Positions 9,101 through 17,953 of a stretch of 64,000 nt of DNA are shown piece after piece. Made by a program: the position numbers and the translations under genes. The number at the start of each line of letters is the position of its first letter. The first letter of the stretch is position 1. A model generated the notes under the pieces. The model made no database searches. It saw nothing but the letters and a program-made list of their open reading frames with translations, and was not told the DNA's origin. Origin of the DNA: an uncultured Candidatus Binatia bacterium (GTDB taxonomy: Bacteria; Desulfobacterota; Binatia; Bin18); contig OZ241744.1 in the NCBI GenBank assembly GCA_965200965.1, forward strand, positions 320,001 through 384,000. The letters run 5' to 3'.

Positions 9101-11099
9101 CCATACCTACCGCATGAAAACCGAGTGTATCGGCGAAAACAAAAGACTGCCCATTGTGCAGGCCGGGCAGAAAGGCCGGGAATAGAGCGCCGTCGAGGCC
9201 GGCGAATTCGTCTCGAATGTCTCTGGGGGGCCTCTTCTGGGCAAAGGCTGCGTGTAAGACCAGGTTGTCGTAGGCCACCTGCCAAGCGATACGCAAGGGA
9301 TGGCTTGGCAGGACAATCAGCCCGATTGTCCGACCGGAAAGCGACTGTACTTCGACCGTATGAGCGAGCGCCAAAGATGGCGTGCTCTCCTCCAGGAGAG
9401 CGGCCCAGGCCAGCAGATAGTCCTTAACTGTGTCAAAAGCTCTGGCCTTCTCGTCGTAGACCTGACCGACGCCGCCACCCGAGGCGAACCGTTCGGCCAT
9501 TTTCCGGCTGGCAGTCGCGGCGCGGTCCCATAAATCTCCCGAGGCGGATTCAGGGCGGGCAAAGGGGACAAATTCGCATTCACCAGCCCGCGTACCGGAA
9601 GCGCGGACTTTGACGCGCCAGCGTCCGAGCTCTCCCTTTCGCTCGCTCCACTGTTTCTCTACCTCACCGATCAGGGGGGGCCGAAAAACCCGGAAGCTCT
9701 TGCCACGCTGTGGTGTTCGCAGCAGGACGAAACCTTTTGAATCCACCGGGAGGTCGCTCGTGGAAGAGGCGAGAGCCGAGACCATCTCTCGATCATCAAG
9801 TTCAATAAGCCCCTCGCTGAATGTCCGAACCTTTTTTCCGACTCCGACTAGATCGTGTTCGGGTGGCGAGCCGAAGCGAATGGTGAACTCCTCACTCTCT
9901 TCTGGTTCAATCGAGTCGTTGCCAAGTACAGACACGACGACCTTGGCGGGAATACGCGCGTCCTCACTCAGCCTCGAGAAGTCATCATTGCTGAACCTGC
10001 ACTTTTCCTCTTTCCCGGCAGAGTGGGCAATGTCCCGGGCGGCCAGTTCCTCATCCATGCCTGTAGTGATGACAACGTGATAGTCTACAGCGTCTTTCTT
10101 CAGGTTCGCTGGCCGCGCCTTCCACCTGATTTCAAGCTTGGAGTAGTCGCCTGTCCGCTCGGCATCGGGTTTCATGATAAAAGCCGGAGGGTCTTGGGGG
10201 TCGCCTTCTTCCACTAGCCCCGACCACTTGGCGATTTTTCCGATTCTGTTTCGCCAGGGCGATAACGCAATGCTCTGAATGGCCTGCGTACTTTCCTCAG
10301 TTTTCAATGCGCCGACCCACAGATGTTTCTTGTCCCTGAGTTCCGCCAGAGCATCGAGAAGTGGCTTTGTCGCCGCTGAGTGCAGGAATCGTTCCAGGTC
10401 ATTGACTTGCCGCTCGGTGGGGTGCGCCAGCCTCAAGGATGCAATTCGCCTGACCGGGGTGAGGCCGCCTGCCTCTGTTCCCAACAGGCGATCCACAAAC
10501 AGGCGTGAGTCATCCAGCTCGTCCTTCGCCTCTCTCCCTTCGGATTCCTCGACAGGCCATAGACCGAGGAGGTGCAGATACGCACCGGGATGGCTCTTGT
10601 CTGTAGCGATGCGACAGAGAAAATCAAACTCTGTCCACAGCGAGACGCTGAAGCGGTGGCCGTATCCCCGCGCTTTTTTGACCGCGTGTTCGGCATAGGG
10701 CTGGTATTTGCTGAACAAGTCGTTTCGGACCGTGCCTTTAGCCACCCGCAATGCCCCAGCAAACAGACTTTTCTCGTTCACCTCACGCCCGGCGCTGTAG
10801 ATGCCGTCCATACCCGCCCCGGCCCGCTCCGTATCCACCAGGAGCAGTGTTGCGTCGTCCTTTGTTTCGCGTATCTCGACGGCACGGTCCGCGCTGATGG
10901 TTCTCTCCTCTTCATTGTCCGAGTCTGCAACACAGAAAACCTGCCAGCCTTGTGGCGCGAAGGAAGGGTCTTTGGCCAAGGTCCGCACCACCTCGGGTGT
11001 CAGGCAGCGCACGAACGCCATAGCTCCGTTTTCAGGCTTTCCAAGTACCTTCTCGAAAGACTGCCCAAGGATGCGTGGGTGCAGCTCGGTCCATTCCAT
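6105..11099 (-). CDS. Large defence-associated ATPase, DptH/MAD8-like: PD-(D/E)xK-like nuclease motif + C-terminal HerA/FtsK-type ATPase
   Basis: RPDLIYV...FQFIEVKYR; NPHLLVAGLPGMGKTT (Walker A), AVIFDEAHR (Walker B), KECRKYGVSLVLASQ; ATG 11099 lies 1 nt after the upstream stop (ORF track gives 11123). Confidence 0.8.
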   Translation of the reverse strand: MEWTELHPRILGQSFEKVLGKPENGAMAFVRCLTPEVVRTLAKDPSFAPQGWQVFCVADSDNEEERTISADRAVEIRETKDDATLLLVDTERAGAGMDGIYSAGREVNEKSLFAGALRVAKGTVRNDLFSKYQPYAEHAVKKARGYGHRFSVSLWTEFDFLCRIATDKSHPGAYLHLLGLWPVEESEGREAKDELDDSRLFVDRLLGTEAGGLTPVRRIASLRLAHPTERQVNDLERFLHSAATKPLLDALAELRDKKHLWVGALKTEESTQAIQSIALSPWRNRIGKIAKWSGLVEEGDPQDPPAFIMKPDAERTGDYSKLEIRWKARPANLKKDAVDYHVVITTGMDEELAARDIAHSAGKEEKCRFSNDDFSRLSEDARIPAKVVVSVLGNDSIEPEESEEFTIRFGSPPEHDLVGVGKKVRTFSEGLIELDDREMVSALASSTSDLPVDSKGFVLLRTPQRGKSFRVFRPPLIGEVEKQWSERKGELGRWRVKVRASGTRAGECEFVPFARPESASGDLWDRAATASRKMAERFASGGGVGQVYDEKARAFDTVKDYLLAWAALLEESTPSLALAHTVEVQSLSGRTIGLIVLPSHPLRIAWQVAYDNLVLHAAFAQKRPPRDIRDEFAGLDGALFPAFLPGLHNGQSFVFADTLGFHAVGMVPDDDKEPKAAIAILARALGESETADTAPTAGRQSATVLGNEIVKYLECHNALGPLQINAFRAGDGATVARSLGRVHERYRSAPDDEDSDEDTQETTPAFVLELYPSQEQRGIAGRFIAEAREKRRRGAGVLSQDDSWMLESLSFPGGVNLPKLRWARKSEPAPETAAHLAVAFDTFESRVMPQGPLPRPRSLYAFGLLSFFERAYASTPSPLWHSAIPASKDGEKHPSDRAHTDRLMRLQQALQKAVTRNIGSPAQSPVLTTEISPDKADSLRDLHRRCDWVITLDRNAGIEYFDSPRDNKDIYDAYVIDCVPEREDLGCLQLITSTSNLREIRSLLDEALDQMGLSRSRRNAAFLMEHLKALSGRLAIRLTGQKPPTSELIALAVCHANCSQTSGHDDCWVSLQHGFIIPVDDVRDLLPPLNRQAGNEEEKESRPDLIYVSMAPRKGLRFQFIEVKYRRHLRAARTPELLYSIRKQVESLRKRWDDWYGHEGDCASFRAIRRAKLARVLRFYADKAHRHALSNDRHEAIVSEIDRMIEKGGDYAFAEVGGSDCGWVFCPEYTGHHPLEISPTGWDMRIFLVGSGLLSDADFRRNSVARPSDDSEQGMGGPSVPPEHEDQGPGGGLDVTVRVASAPGDTSAGKLERSDETPSVCLGTDIFTNAEVRWPLTVQGNPHLLVAGLPGMGKTTCLLNLCKQMVAAGIRPIVFSYHQDIDERLERLVGSVRFIDFHGLGFNPLQVLGRESRMAYLDVAGALRDIFMAIFPELGDIQGERIRKAIKDSFDEAGWDDPDTVPADRREPEFKRFMEILRSHPKPDKGLHTLLARLEELEDYGFFDIQESHESLWESERPVVIRIHPTQNDNLQRAFASLVFYSLYKDMFRRGIQERITHAVIFDEAHRASRLNLIPTMAKECRKYGVSLVLASQEAKDFNTSLFSAIANYLVLRLTGTDAKALVRNVASSQLEKSLIDKIKQMDSFKALYFCEGKSRPSPVGLLP

Positions 11100-11100
11100 A

Positions 11101-12915
11101 TCAGTCCTCTGCTGTCGGTTCAAAGCGTGGCTCTAAACGCTTCATTGCTTCGGCATCGTTGACGCCCACAAAAAGGCCCAGGTCGCGCAAGCGTCGCTCC
11201 AGAATCCCGCGGTTTGCTTGCAAAAGGTCATTGGAAATCGTCATCCCGGGGGGAGCCACGTCTACGCAGAATCCATAGCGTTCACGGAGCGTAGAGAGGA
11301 ATTCTTTGAATGAGAAAGGCCGGACGCCAGATTTATTACCGCTTCGCAGGGTGTGGCGGTGGACAAGGTAATCCAGAACCGAATCGGTGAAGACCAGCGA
11401 ACGGATTTCGCGTCGTCTTCTTGTTCCCGTTCCGGTGACGTTGCGCGTTGTTGTTCTCTTTGCTGCAAGTCCGTTCGGTCGTCCTGAGAGAAGGCTTGAA
11501 TCGATCATTAAGCTAAGCTTTCCCTGGACATCTTTCCTATCTCGTAAAGAGATGAGCGTTTCAGCGAGACGCCAAACCGGATTGTCCTGGCTTTCACTCC
11601 GCAACATCTCCGCCGCCTCGGGATAATCCTGCTCCAGTTGTTCTGCCACTTCCTCAGTCTTTTGGTCGATGCCGTCGAGAATCAATTGTGCCTCAGCGCG
11701 TCGCTCGTGAAGCAGTTCACCCAGCATATTAAGCCACTCGGTGGCATATGGCCGAGTTGGGATTTTGATCTTCTTCATCTTTCGAGAGGTGCGTACATAA
11801 TGGTCCAGCAGTCGAAGCGCCATCAGGATGACAGGAAACCGTTCAAGACGCCGCATGAGATCATCCGACGATTGTTCGGCAAGCCCTCTCAAGCGACGAT
11901 TCACCCCATTGGAGCAATCTACGAACAGACGCGCAGGCTTCTGTTCGCCGCTCTTGCAGACTTCTCCCTTCTCTTCCCACTCAAACAGAATCTCGACCGT
12001 ACTTGTGAGAATGGTTGTCATCCCAACCGCAATACAGGATTCCAGCAGTTCCACAAAAGCCTGGCGAGGAATGACGCTCGCATATGAGCGGACGAACCGG
12101 CGGATGTCCTCGGAGAACACCTTTGCCGCCTTTTCTGCAATAGGATGTTGATTCGAGATTTTATCTCCCTCGCTCCCTCGCAGCTTGTCGGGTGCGTCTC
12201 CTAGTTGCTGGGCCAACCGAATCATCAAGATCTGATCCACCCCGACAGAGGTCTCTTCCTTGAATTGGTCTGATTTAAGATTGCTCGCTATGTCGCCCTC
12301 TTGCACCATTCCTTGACGAAACGCGCGTAAAAGAACATTCTCTTCATAGCCTGTACCAACGGGGAACCAAGTTTGGGCTCCATCGTGATTCTGCTGGACG
12401 TGTTCACTTTTCTGGTCAGCCAGCATTGCCACGATCATCTCCGGGACAGAGCGAAGGTTGGCCACACTGTCGGGAAGATCCACCCAACTCGCCATGTAAT
12501 GGGCTGGCGCAACACGCTGGACCTGTTTTTTCCTGCCAAGCGCGTAGTTTTCATTGTCCAGGCAGAAACAGAGGAGAAGGTCACCAAGGATGGCTTTTTC
12601 GGTCTCGCCCTCAAATCCCTCAAACTTGTCGCTGTTCTGCGTAAGCGTGTCCGCTATGCGCTCAATAGTGGCCGCCTGTTTGCACTGTCTGGGGGCTCCT
12701 TCCTGCGGGCCAAAGGTTTCAATAAATTTCCCTTTGCCCCGACGATGACCAAAGCGAAACATGTAAAACACGGCTGGAAGAACTGCGGACAGATCAAAAT
12801 CCTGGACCCCAACCGGCAGGGCTTTGTCATAGTTGCCCGTCCAGAGCTCGCGGGTCATTTTGGAACCGAGAATATCTCTGACAAGAGGGTGGGCGTGGGC
12901 TGTCGTGGCCGGCAT
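11101..12915 (-). CDS. Hypothetical protein, DptG/MAD7-like middle subunit
   Basis: 604 aa between kinase-ATPase and large ATPase; C-terminus FKEFLSTLRERYGF...LERRLRDLGLFVGVNDAEAMKRLEPRF resembles DptG/MAD7 C-termini; starts 2 nt after upstream stop. Confidence 0.65.
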   Translation of the reverse strand: MPATTAHAHPLVRDILGSKMTRELWTGNYDKALPVGVQDFDLSAVLPAVFYMFRFGHRRGKGKFIETFGPQEGAPRQCKQAATIERIADTLTQNSDKFEGFEGETEKAILGDLLLCFCLDNENYALGRKKQVQRVAPAHYMASWVDLPDSVANLRSVPEMIVAMLADQKSEHVQQNHDGAQTWFPVGTGYEENVLLRAFRQGMVQEGDIASNLKSDQFKEETSVGVDQILMIRLAQQLGDAPDKLRGSEGDKISNQHPIAEKAAKVFSEDIRRFVRSYASVIPRQAFVELLESCIAVGMTTILTSTVEILFEWEEKGEVCKSGEQKPARLFVDCSNGVNRRLRGLAEQSSDDLMRRLERFPVILMALRLLDHYVRTSRKMKKIKIPTRPYATEWLNMLGELLHERRAEAQLILDGIDQKTEEVAEQLEQDYPEAAEMLRSESQDNPVWRLAETLISLRDRKDVQGKLSLMIDSSLLSGRPNGLAAKRTTTRNVTGTGTRRRREIRSLVFTDSVLDYLVHRHTLRSGNKSGVRPFSFKEFLSTLRERYGFCVDVAPPGMTISNDLLQANRGILERRLRDLGLFVGVNDAEAMKRLEPRFEPTAED

Positions 12916-12917
12916 TT

Positions 12918-15900
12918 CTAGTCTCCCTGTGGAAGCTGACGGATGATTATCGGTTGCTGTGCACCTGATTCGGTGCGTTTTATGTTGGCTGCTACTTCGT
13001 AGATCGCCTCATCCTGCATGGGATTCCAGGCAAAGATGTGACTCTCATCCTCACGGACGAGACGCTGTACGAAAATGGAGAGCTGAGTAAAAATGTCGTC
13101 CGTTGAGACATCGCCTAATTGATATCCGTCGCTCAACTCCAAGAGAAGATGGAAGAGTTCGGCACCCAAGCGCAGCCGTTCTTCTCTTCTGTCTCCATAG
13201 CGGTAGAGCAGAATGGCCTGCCGGTGCAGCCGGTCGAGTCCCGCTGTTTCAGGGGGCAAGTCGGCTTCGAGCCGAAAGGCACGCAAAGGTTTCTCTACCC
13301 AGAACGCCGTTTCTGTGGGTGTTCGGGGCGTAATGCGTAGCTGCACCCCTGGCCGATCGAGCGCTTGGGGCGGAAGGTCTTCGAGCCGTGAAATGCCGTC
13401 ACACAGACGCTTACAGAGCTCGGCTAGTTCTTGCGGGTTCTTTTCAAGCGGCAGATCTCGAAACAGTCGCAGATGTCTGCCCTGTGCCAGACCGAGGGCA
13501 TGGGGCTCACCGGCACTCTTTTCAATATGTTCCTCTGTCCATTCAAACCAGGCCCGACGCCTGGCTGATTCCCGAGACAGGTCTTCGTAGTGAGGCGCTA
13601 TAGTGCGGCTGTCTGGAGAAGACGCGCGAAGCAGATGCCGATCAATCTGCGGATGGGATTCAAGAGCAGGATCAAAACGGGCCAGTTCGCGCAACACCTC
13701 ACCTTGGCGTCCAGACGAATCCGGGAAGAAGGCCCGGTCCCAATAGGACATGGGGGCCTCAGAGCCGCCATGATAGTCGTCGCAGAAGTGAATCCCGAAG
13801 AGGATGTAGACCAGAGCGGCGCGCAGCTCGCGGGCCGTAATGTGCGTCTCCCCGCGCAGATGAACCGCCTGCAAGGCTTCAAACAGCCGTTGGCGGGCGC
13901 GAGAGCGAATTGCTTTGTCTGCCATGCCGGGAAGTCCGTCCGGGCCGAAAATCCGAGTCGCCCGGAAGACTTCGCAGCGTTCCTGGGCCGAACACGTTTG
14001 ACACGGCTCCCAGATTTCAGACGCTTTTTCACCCCCATACAAGCGATCCAGCAAGCGCTCAAGAAAGCTGGTCTCGATTCCCCCTGTGGTCCGGGTAATG
14101 CCACCGACAAGCGAGCGTTGGTTCAGGCTGATGAACCGGATGTGGGATTCCCGGACGCCGGTTTTGCCTCCCAGAAGATCGTATAGTTCCTTCGTTAAGG
14201 GTGTTTCAGTCCGGCACGCTTCAATCCACTCCAACAGACGTCCATCGTTAATCGCCAGAAGATGTGCGATGTCCTCGCTGGGCCGGCTTTCCTGGAACGG
14301 TTCCAGGAAGGCATCCAGCAGTTCATCGGCGGAGCGTCCCCGCCAGGCCGCCGAACCATCGAGATTCATGCGTATAAACAGACCGTCGTCCAGGTGCCCT
14401 TCGAGAATGCGCTTCTGAGAAGTATGCTCGCCAAGCCCGAGGCGGGTCGCAAGACGCTGAAGCAGTGCTGTTTTGCCATCGCCGGCGTTTCCGCACAGGA
14501 TGACAAGCCGGACCTGTCGCTTGCGAATAGCGTCATCCAGGGCCTTTTGCAAGGCCGTTTCAACGTAAGTCTGAGCGGCGAATTCGGTATCAAGACCGCG
14601 CGTTTCACGATTTCCCCACCGCGAACCTGGATAGGATTGCAGCAGAGACCGCAGCCACTCTACCCTGTTTTCACGCCGTTCCACGCGAGGGCCGGCTGCC
14701 CCTTCGGCACTTGGGGACATTCTCTGTTGCGGCTCTTCGCCCTCCGTTTCGGTCTGCGCCTCCTTGAGAGCAGTCAGCGCCTCGGCGGCCGACCCGAATC
14801 GCTGGTCCGGGTCAGGATGCGTCGCCCTGTTCAGGAAATTGACCAAGATGGGGTACTCCGTATGGTCCACCCCTTCCCAATTCAAGCCGCGTTTCTTGGC
14901 GTGAGCGCCGTTGTAGTGGAACGGCTGTTTGTCGAAGACCACATGGAAGAAGCTGGCCGCCAGAGCGTAGATATCGTCCGCGGGCGAAGCCGGCCGTTTG
15001 TCCTGATAGGAGGGCGAGCAGTACAGGACGGTGCCGGGAGCGGTGACAGCCTCTCCTATCTTAGCGACAAAATCGTAATCCGTCAGCACAAGATCGCCGC
15101 CCGAAACGATCATGTTGCGCGGGCTGATGTCGCCATGCACGAGGCCATTGCTGTGGAGTGTATCCACTGCCTCGCACATGGTACACAGCCAGCGGACAGC
15201 CAAGGCTTCTCCGCTCTCCTGGTGGTCTTCGGCCAGCAGTGTGAAGACGCCGGCAAAGGAGTCATGGAGCGGTGTGCCTTCGACCCAGTTCATCAGCGCG
15301 ATGAAATTGTTCTCTTGCCATTCACGAGCAATTTCGAAGATCGTAGAAAGCGCTTCATGTTGGCCAAGATGCGAACGCGCCAGCCTGTAGGCTTTCAGCA
15401 CCCGCTCGCCTGTTTCTGCATTGTGCCCGACCTTAGCGACGTAAGTTCCAAGGTCTTCTTTTGTAGACCGGTCGATTTGCACCACCTTGAACGCTGTCCC
15501 TATACCGCCGGAACCGAGGCGTGTGACAATCCGATAGTCATTGTCCCGGAAGCGTACGCTCTGCTCTTCGGTCCAGAACTGGGCGGGCGGTGGAGTGGAT
15601 GGGGGGGCAGATTCGCCAAGCAGTTCGGAGAGCGACGATTCCAGGTCTTGCAGGGTGACGCGCGCCTCGGGCTCTTCTGCCAAGCCTTTAGTGAGCGTTT
15701 CCACGGTCTGTTGGCTCGTCTCATCGTCCCGTCCCTGAAACAACGCGATCAGGCAAGCGCAGAGCGAATACACGTCTGAACGATGATCCGCTACGCCCAG
15801 ACCCTGGGCGCGAACTTCGGGAGCGACCGTGGTCTCCCCTTCTCCAGTCGGAGCGTCGGCGGAAGCCACACTACTGTCCGCCAGAATCTTCGTACGCTCA

Positions 15901-16904
15901 AAGCCGGTCAGGATTGGTGAGTTGTCGTGTTTCACGAGAATGGTCTTGGGAGTGAGATTCCGATGCACCATAGGCGTCTCTGCTTCGTGCAACGCACGGA
16001 GAGCGCACACAGCCCCTCGAGCAAACACCAGCCGAGCTCTCGTCTCCCATGAAACGTCAGACGCGCGCTTTTCGATGCAGGGGGCGGTGGGGTCAAGCAC
16101 CGTGAAGAAAAACAGCTCGCCCGCATATCCCGGCACAGCTTGAAAGGATTCAAGGTAAATGCGCGGTGCCCAGGCGTGCAATTGCAGCCGGTGCAGCGCC
16201 TCGTATTCTCGGCGGGCTTTCTTCTCGGCGTTTGTTTCATTGCTCGCGGACAGGTCATACAGGTGCAGGATTACCCGGTCCTGTCTGGCGGGCTGAATGC
16301 CCTTGTAGACGCGATGAAACCGCTGATCTTTGGGGGTCTGAAGTTCCAGGTTGATATAGCCGGCGAGTCGCCGCAGCGAACCGTCCAGGGCAACAGCGCT
16401 CTTTGGCTCCAGGAAGCGAGCCAGCTTTGTCACTTGCTGAGGAGAAAGCGCGGTTTGGGAGTCAAAATCGAGCGCGGCTTTCCAGTTCTTCAGCGTGTTG
16501 AATTGGACGCCGCGAACAGTTGTCCCCGCAAGCTTCCTCAGCTTGGAAGATTCCTGAGTCAGGAGGAACGCCCCGTCTACATGGGGCAAGGTCGGAACGA
16601 TTTTGCGGAGCGTCGTGCCGATTTTGCGCGCCTTGTTCGTTACTCGTTCAGCCTCCTGATCGGCGAGTTCCATGTGTCTATCCGTCCAATGTTTGACCTC
16701 AATGACCCGGACGCCTGGGGGGCCGATTGCGACAATGTCGATTTCATCGGATTGGAGTTGGTGCGTCATGGAGAAAGCCAGATTCGTCAGCAACACCCAT
16801 TCATCGGTGCCTGCTATGGATTGCAGACGAGACTCCAATTGAGCGAACGCAAGGCATTCGCTCTCATTGGCGGCTGGTCCACATGGAAAGACGGTGACTT
16901 TCAT
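12918..16904 (-). CDS. NERD nuclease - pseudokinase - Ser/Thr kinase - P-loop ATPase fusion (MAD6-like; PglW-like N-half, DptF-like C-half)
   Basis: NERD: DEIDIVAIGPPGVRVIEVKHW; kinase 1: HRNLTPKTIL..TGF (degenerate); kinase 2: LGSGGIG, VAK, HGDISPRN, DYD; Walker A ILCGNAGDGKT, LLAINDGRL; AAGGAG RBS. Confidence 0.85.
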   Translation of the reverse strand: MKVTVFPCGPAANESECLAFAQLESRLQSIAGTDEWVLLTNLAFSMTHQLQSDEIDIVAIGPPGVRVIEVKHWTDRHMELADQEAERVTNKARKIGTTLRKIVPTLPHVDGAFLLTQESSKLRKLAGTTVRGVQFNTLKNWKAALDFDSQTALSPQQVTKLARFLEPKSAVALDGSLRRLAGYINLELQTPKDQRFHRVYKGIQPARQDRVILHLYDLSASNETNAEKKARREYEALHRLQLHAWAPRIYLESFQAVPGYAGELFFFTVLDPTAPCIEKRASDVSWETRARLVFARGAVCALRALHEAETPMVHRNLTPKTILVKHDNSPILTGFERTKILADSSVASADAPTGEGETTVAPEVRAQGLGVADHRSDVYSLCACLIALFQGRDDETSQQTVETLTKGLAEEPEARVTLQDLESSLSELLGESAPPSTPPPAQFWTEEQSVRFRDNDYRIVTRLGSGGIGTAFKVVQIDRSTKEDLGTYVAKVGHNAETGERVLKAYRLARSHLGQHEALSTIFEIAREWQENNFIALMNWVEGTPLHDSFAGVFTLLAEDHQESGEALAVRWLCTMCEAVDTLHSNGLVHGDISPRNMIVSGGDLVLTDYDFVAKIGEAVTAPGTVLYCSPSYQDKRPASPADDIYALAASFFHVVFDKQPFHYNGAHAKKRGLNWEGVDHTEYPILVNFLNRATHPDPDQRFGSAAEALTALKEAQTETEGEEPQQRMSPSAEGAAGPRVERRENRVEWLRSLLQSYPGSRWGNRETRGLDTEFAAQTYVETALQKALDDAIRKRQVRLVILCGNAGDGKTALLQRLATRLGLGEHTSQKRILEGHLDDGLFIRMNLDGSAAWRGRSADELLDAFLEPFQESRPSEDIAHLLAINDGRLLEWIEACRTETPLTKELYDLLGGKTGVRESHIRFISLNQRSLVGGITRTTGGIETSFLERLLDRLYGGEKASEIWEPCQTCSAQERCEVFRATRIFGPDGLPGMADKAIRSRARQRLFEALQAVHLRGETHITARELRAALVYILFGIHFCDDYHGGSEAPMSYWDRAFFPDSSGRQGEVLRELARFDPALESHPQIDRHLLRASSPDSRTIAPHYEDLSRESARRRAWFEWTEEHIEKSAGEPHALGLAQGRHLRLFRDLPLEKNPQELAELCKRLCDGISRLEDLPPQALDRPGVQLRITPRTPTETAFWVEKPLRAFRLEADLPPETAGLDRLHRQAILLYRYGDRREERLRLGAELFHLLLELSDGYQLGDVSTDDIFTQLSIFVQRLVREDESHIFAWNPMQDEAIYEVAANIKRTESGAQQPIIIRQLPQGD

Positions 16905-17036
16905 CTCCTTGTCTCTGTTCGGTCAAAATAGTTCCTGCCCAGGCTGCTCATGGCCAGAGCCCTAGCACACCAGCCCCCTCTCTGCCAGCCTTTCCCTCTG
17001 CTCCGAAAACAGAAAGCGGCTGCCGCTCAGGGGCCG

Positions 17037-17150
17037 GCCAACTGGCACAACCGCACCCTGTGGACCGGCAATAACCTCGATATTCCGCGAGGCATGAACG
17101 CCGCCTCCGTAGACCTGCTCTACTTGGACCCACCGTTCAACAACAGATAT
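17037..17150 (+). pseudogene. N-terminal stub of a beta-class (N6A/N4C) DNA methyltransferase
   Basis: ANWHNRTLWTGNNLDIPRGMNAASVDLLYLDPPFNN: GDNL-like motif and catalytic motif IV DPPF; similarity ends abruptly, no SAM-binding motif. Confidence 0.8.
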
Positions 17151-17218
17151 TTCGGAAAAGGACAAGGCCAAGCGGGCCAAGTCCGTCATGGCGAGGGTGG
17201 TGCATATCTGCTACAGCT

Positions 17219-17953
17219 ATGCCCATGCAGGTGATTGGACATCGAGGGGCCGCGGCCCTGGCACCCGAAAATACATGGGCCGGTTTTGACGTGGCGGTCT
17301 CTCTGGGGGTTGACGCGATTGAAACCGATGTACGGGCGACCAGCGACGGAACACTGATCCTGCTCCACGACGAACGGCTGGCCCGGACCACCAACGGTCA
17401 GGGCTTTGTGCGGGAAACGCCGTGGTCGGTGATCAAAACCCTGGACGCCGGGGGCTGGTTCGGGGCCGAGTTTCGCGGGGCCCGGGTGCCGCTGTTTGGC
17501 GAGACCCTGGCCCGCTATGGCCGGCGGGTGCCGCTGATCATTGAGATCAAGCAGCTTGACCTTGAGGTGCGGGTCCTGGAGCTGGTCCGGGAGCAGGGCC
17601 TGGTGGACTCAGTCGCTTTTACCTCGTTCTATTTTCCGGTCGTGCAGAATCTCAAGCTGCTGGCCCCCGAGGTCACGGTCGGCTTTCTGGCCTCTGATGT
17701 GCAGGAGCAGACTGTTGAGCGGGTCCTTGCCGCCGGACTTGACCAGTTCTGTCCTCCGGCCAAGGCCATCTCGCCCGAGCAGGTCCGCGCTTGGCAGGGC
17801 CGGGGGCTGGACATCCGGGCTTGGGGGGCACATGACCCCGAGCTGATGCGGACGGCCATTGCCGCGGGGGTGGACGGCATGACCGTGGATTTTCCCCACC
17901 TGCTGCTCAAAGCCCTGGGCCGCCGGCCACCTCAAGGGCAGGGGAAGGGCTAG
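17219..17953 (+). CDS. Glycerophosphodiester phosphodiesterase (GDPD/UgpQ family)
   Basis: IGHRGAAALAPENT, IETDVRATSDG, LLHD, IIEIK, GVDGMTVDFP. Confidence 0.92.
   Translation: MPMQVIGHRGAAALAPENTWAGFDVAVSLGVDAIETDVRATSDGTLILLHDERLARTTNGQGFVRETPWSVIKTLDAGGWFGAEFRGARVPLFGETLARYGRRVPLIIEIKQLDLEVRVLELVREQGLVDSVAFTSFYFPVVQNLKLLAPEVTVGFLASDVQEQTVERVLAAGLDQFCPPAKAISPEQVRAWQGRGLDIRAWGAHDPELMRTAIAAGVDGMTVDFPHLLLKALGRRPPQGQGKG

Noticed and set aside
14262-15779. 505-aa plus-strand ORF
   Set aside because: Antisense shadow of the kinase gene with no motifs.
12918-16904. Calling the locus BREX type 2/Pgl because of the PglW-like N-terminus
   Set aside because: No pglX, pglY or pglZ; the C-half is a P-loop ATPase and downstream genes fit the DptG/H or MAD7/8 pattern.
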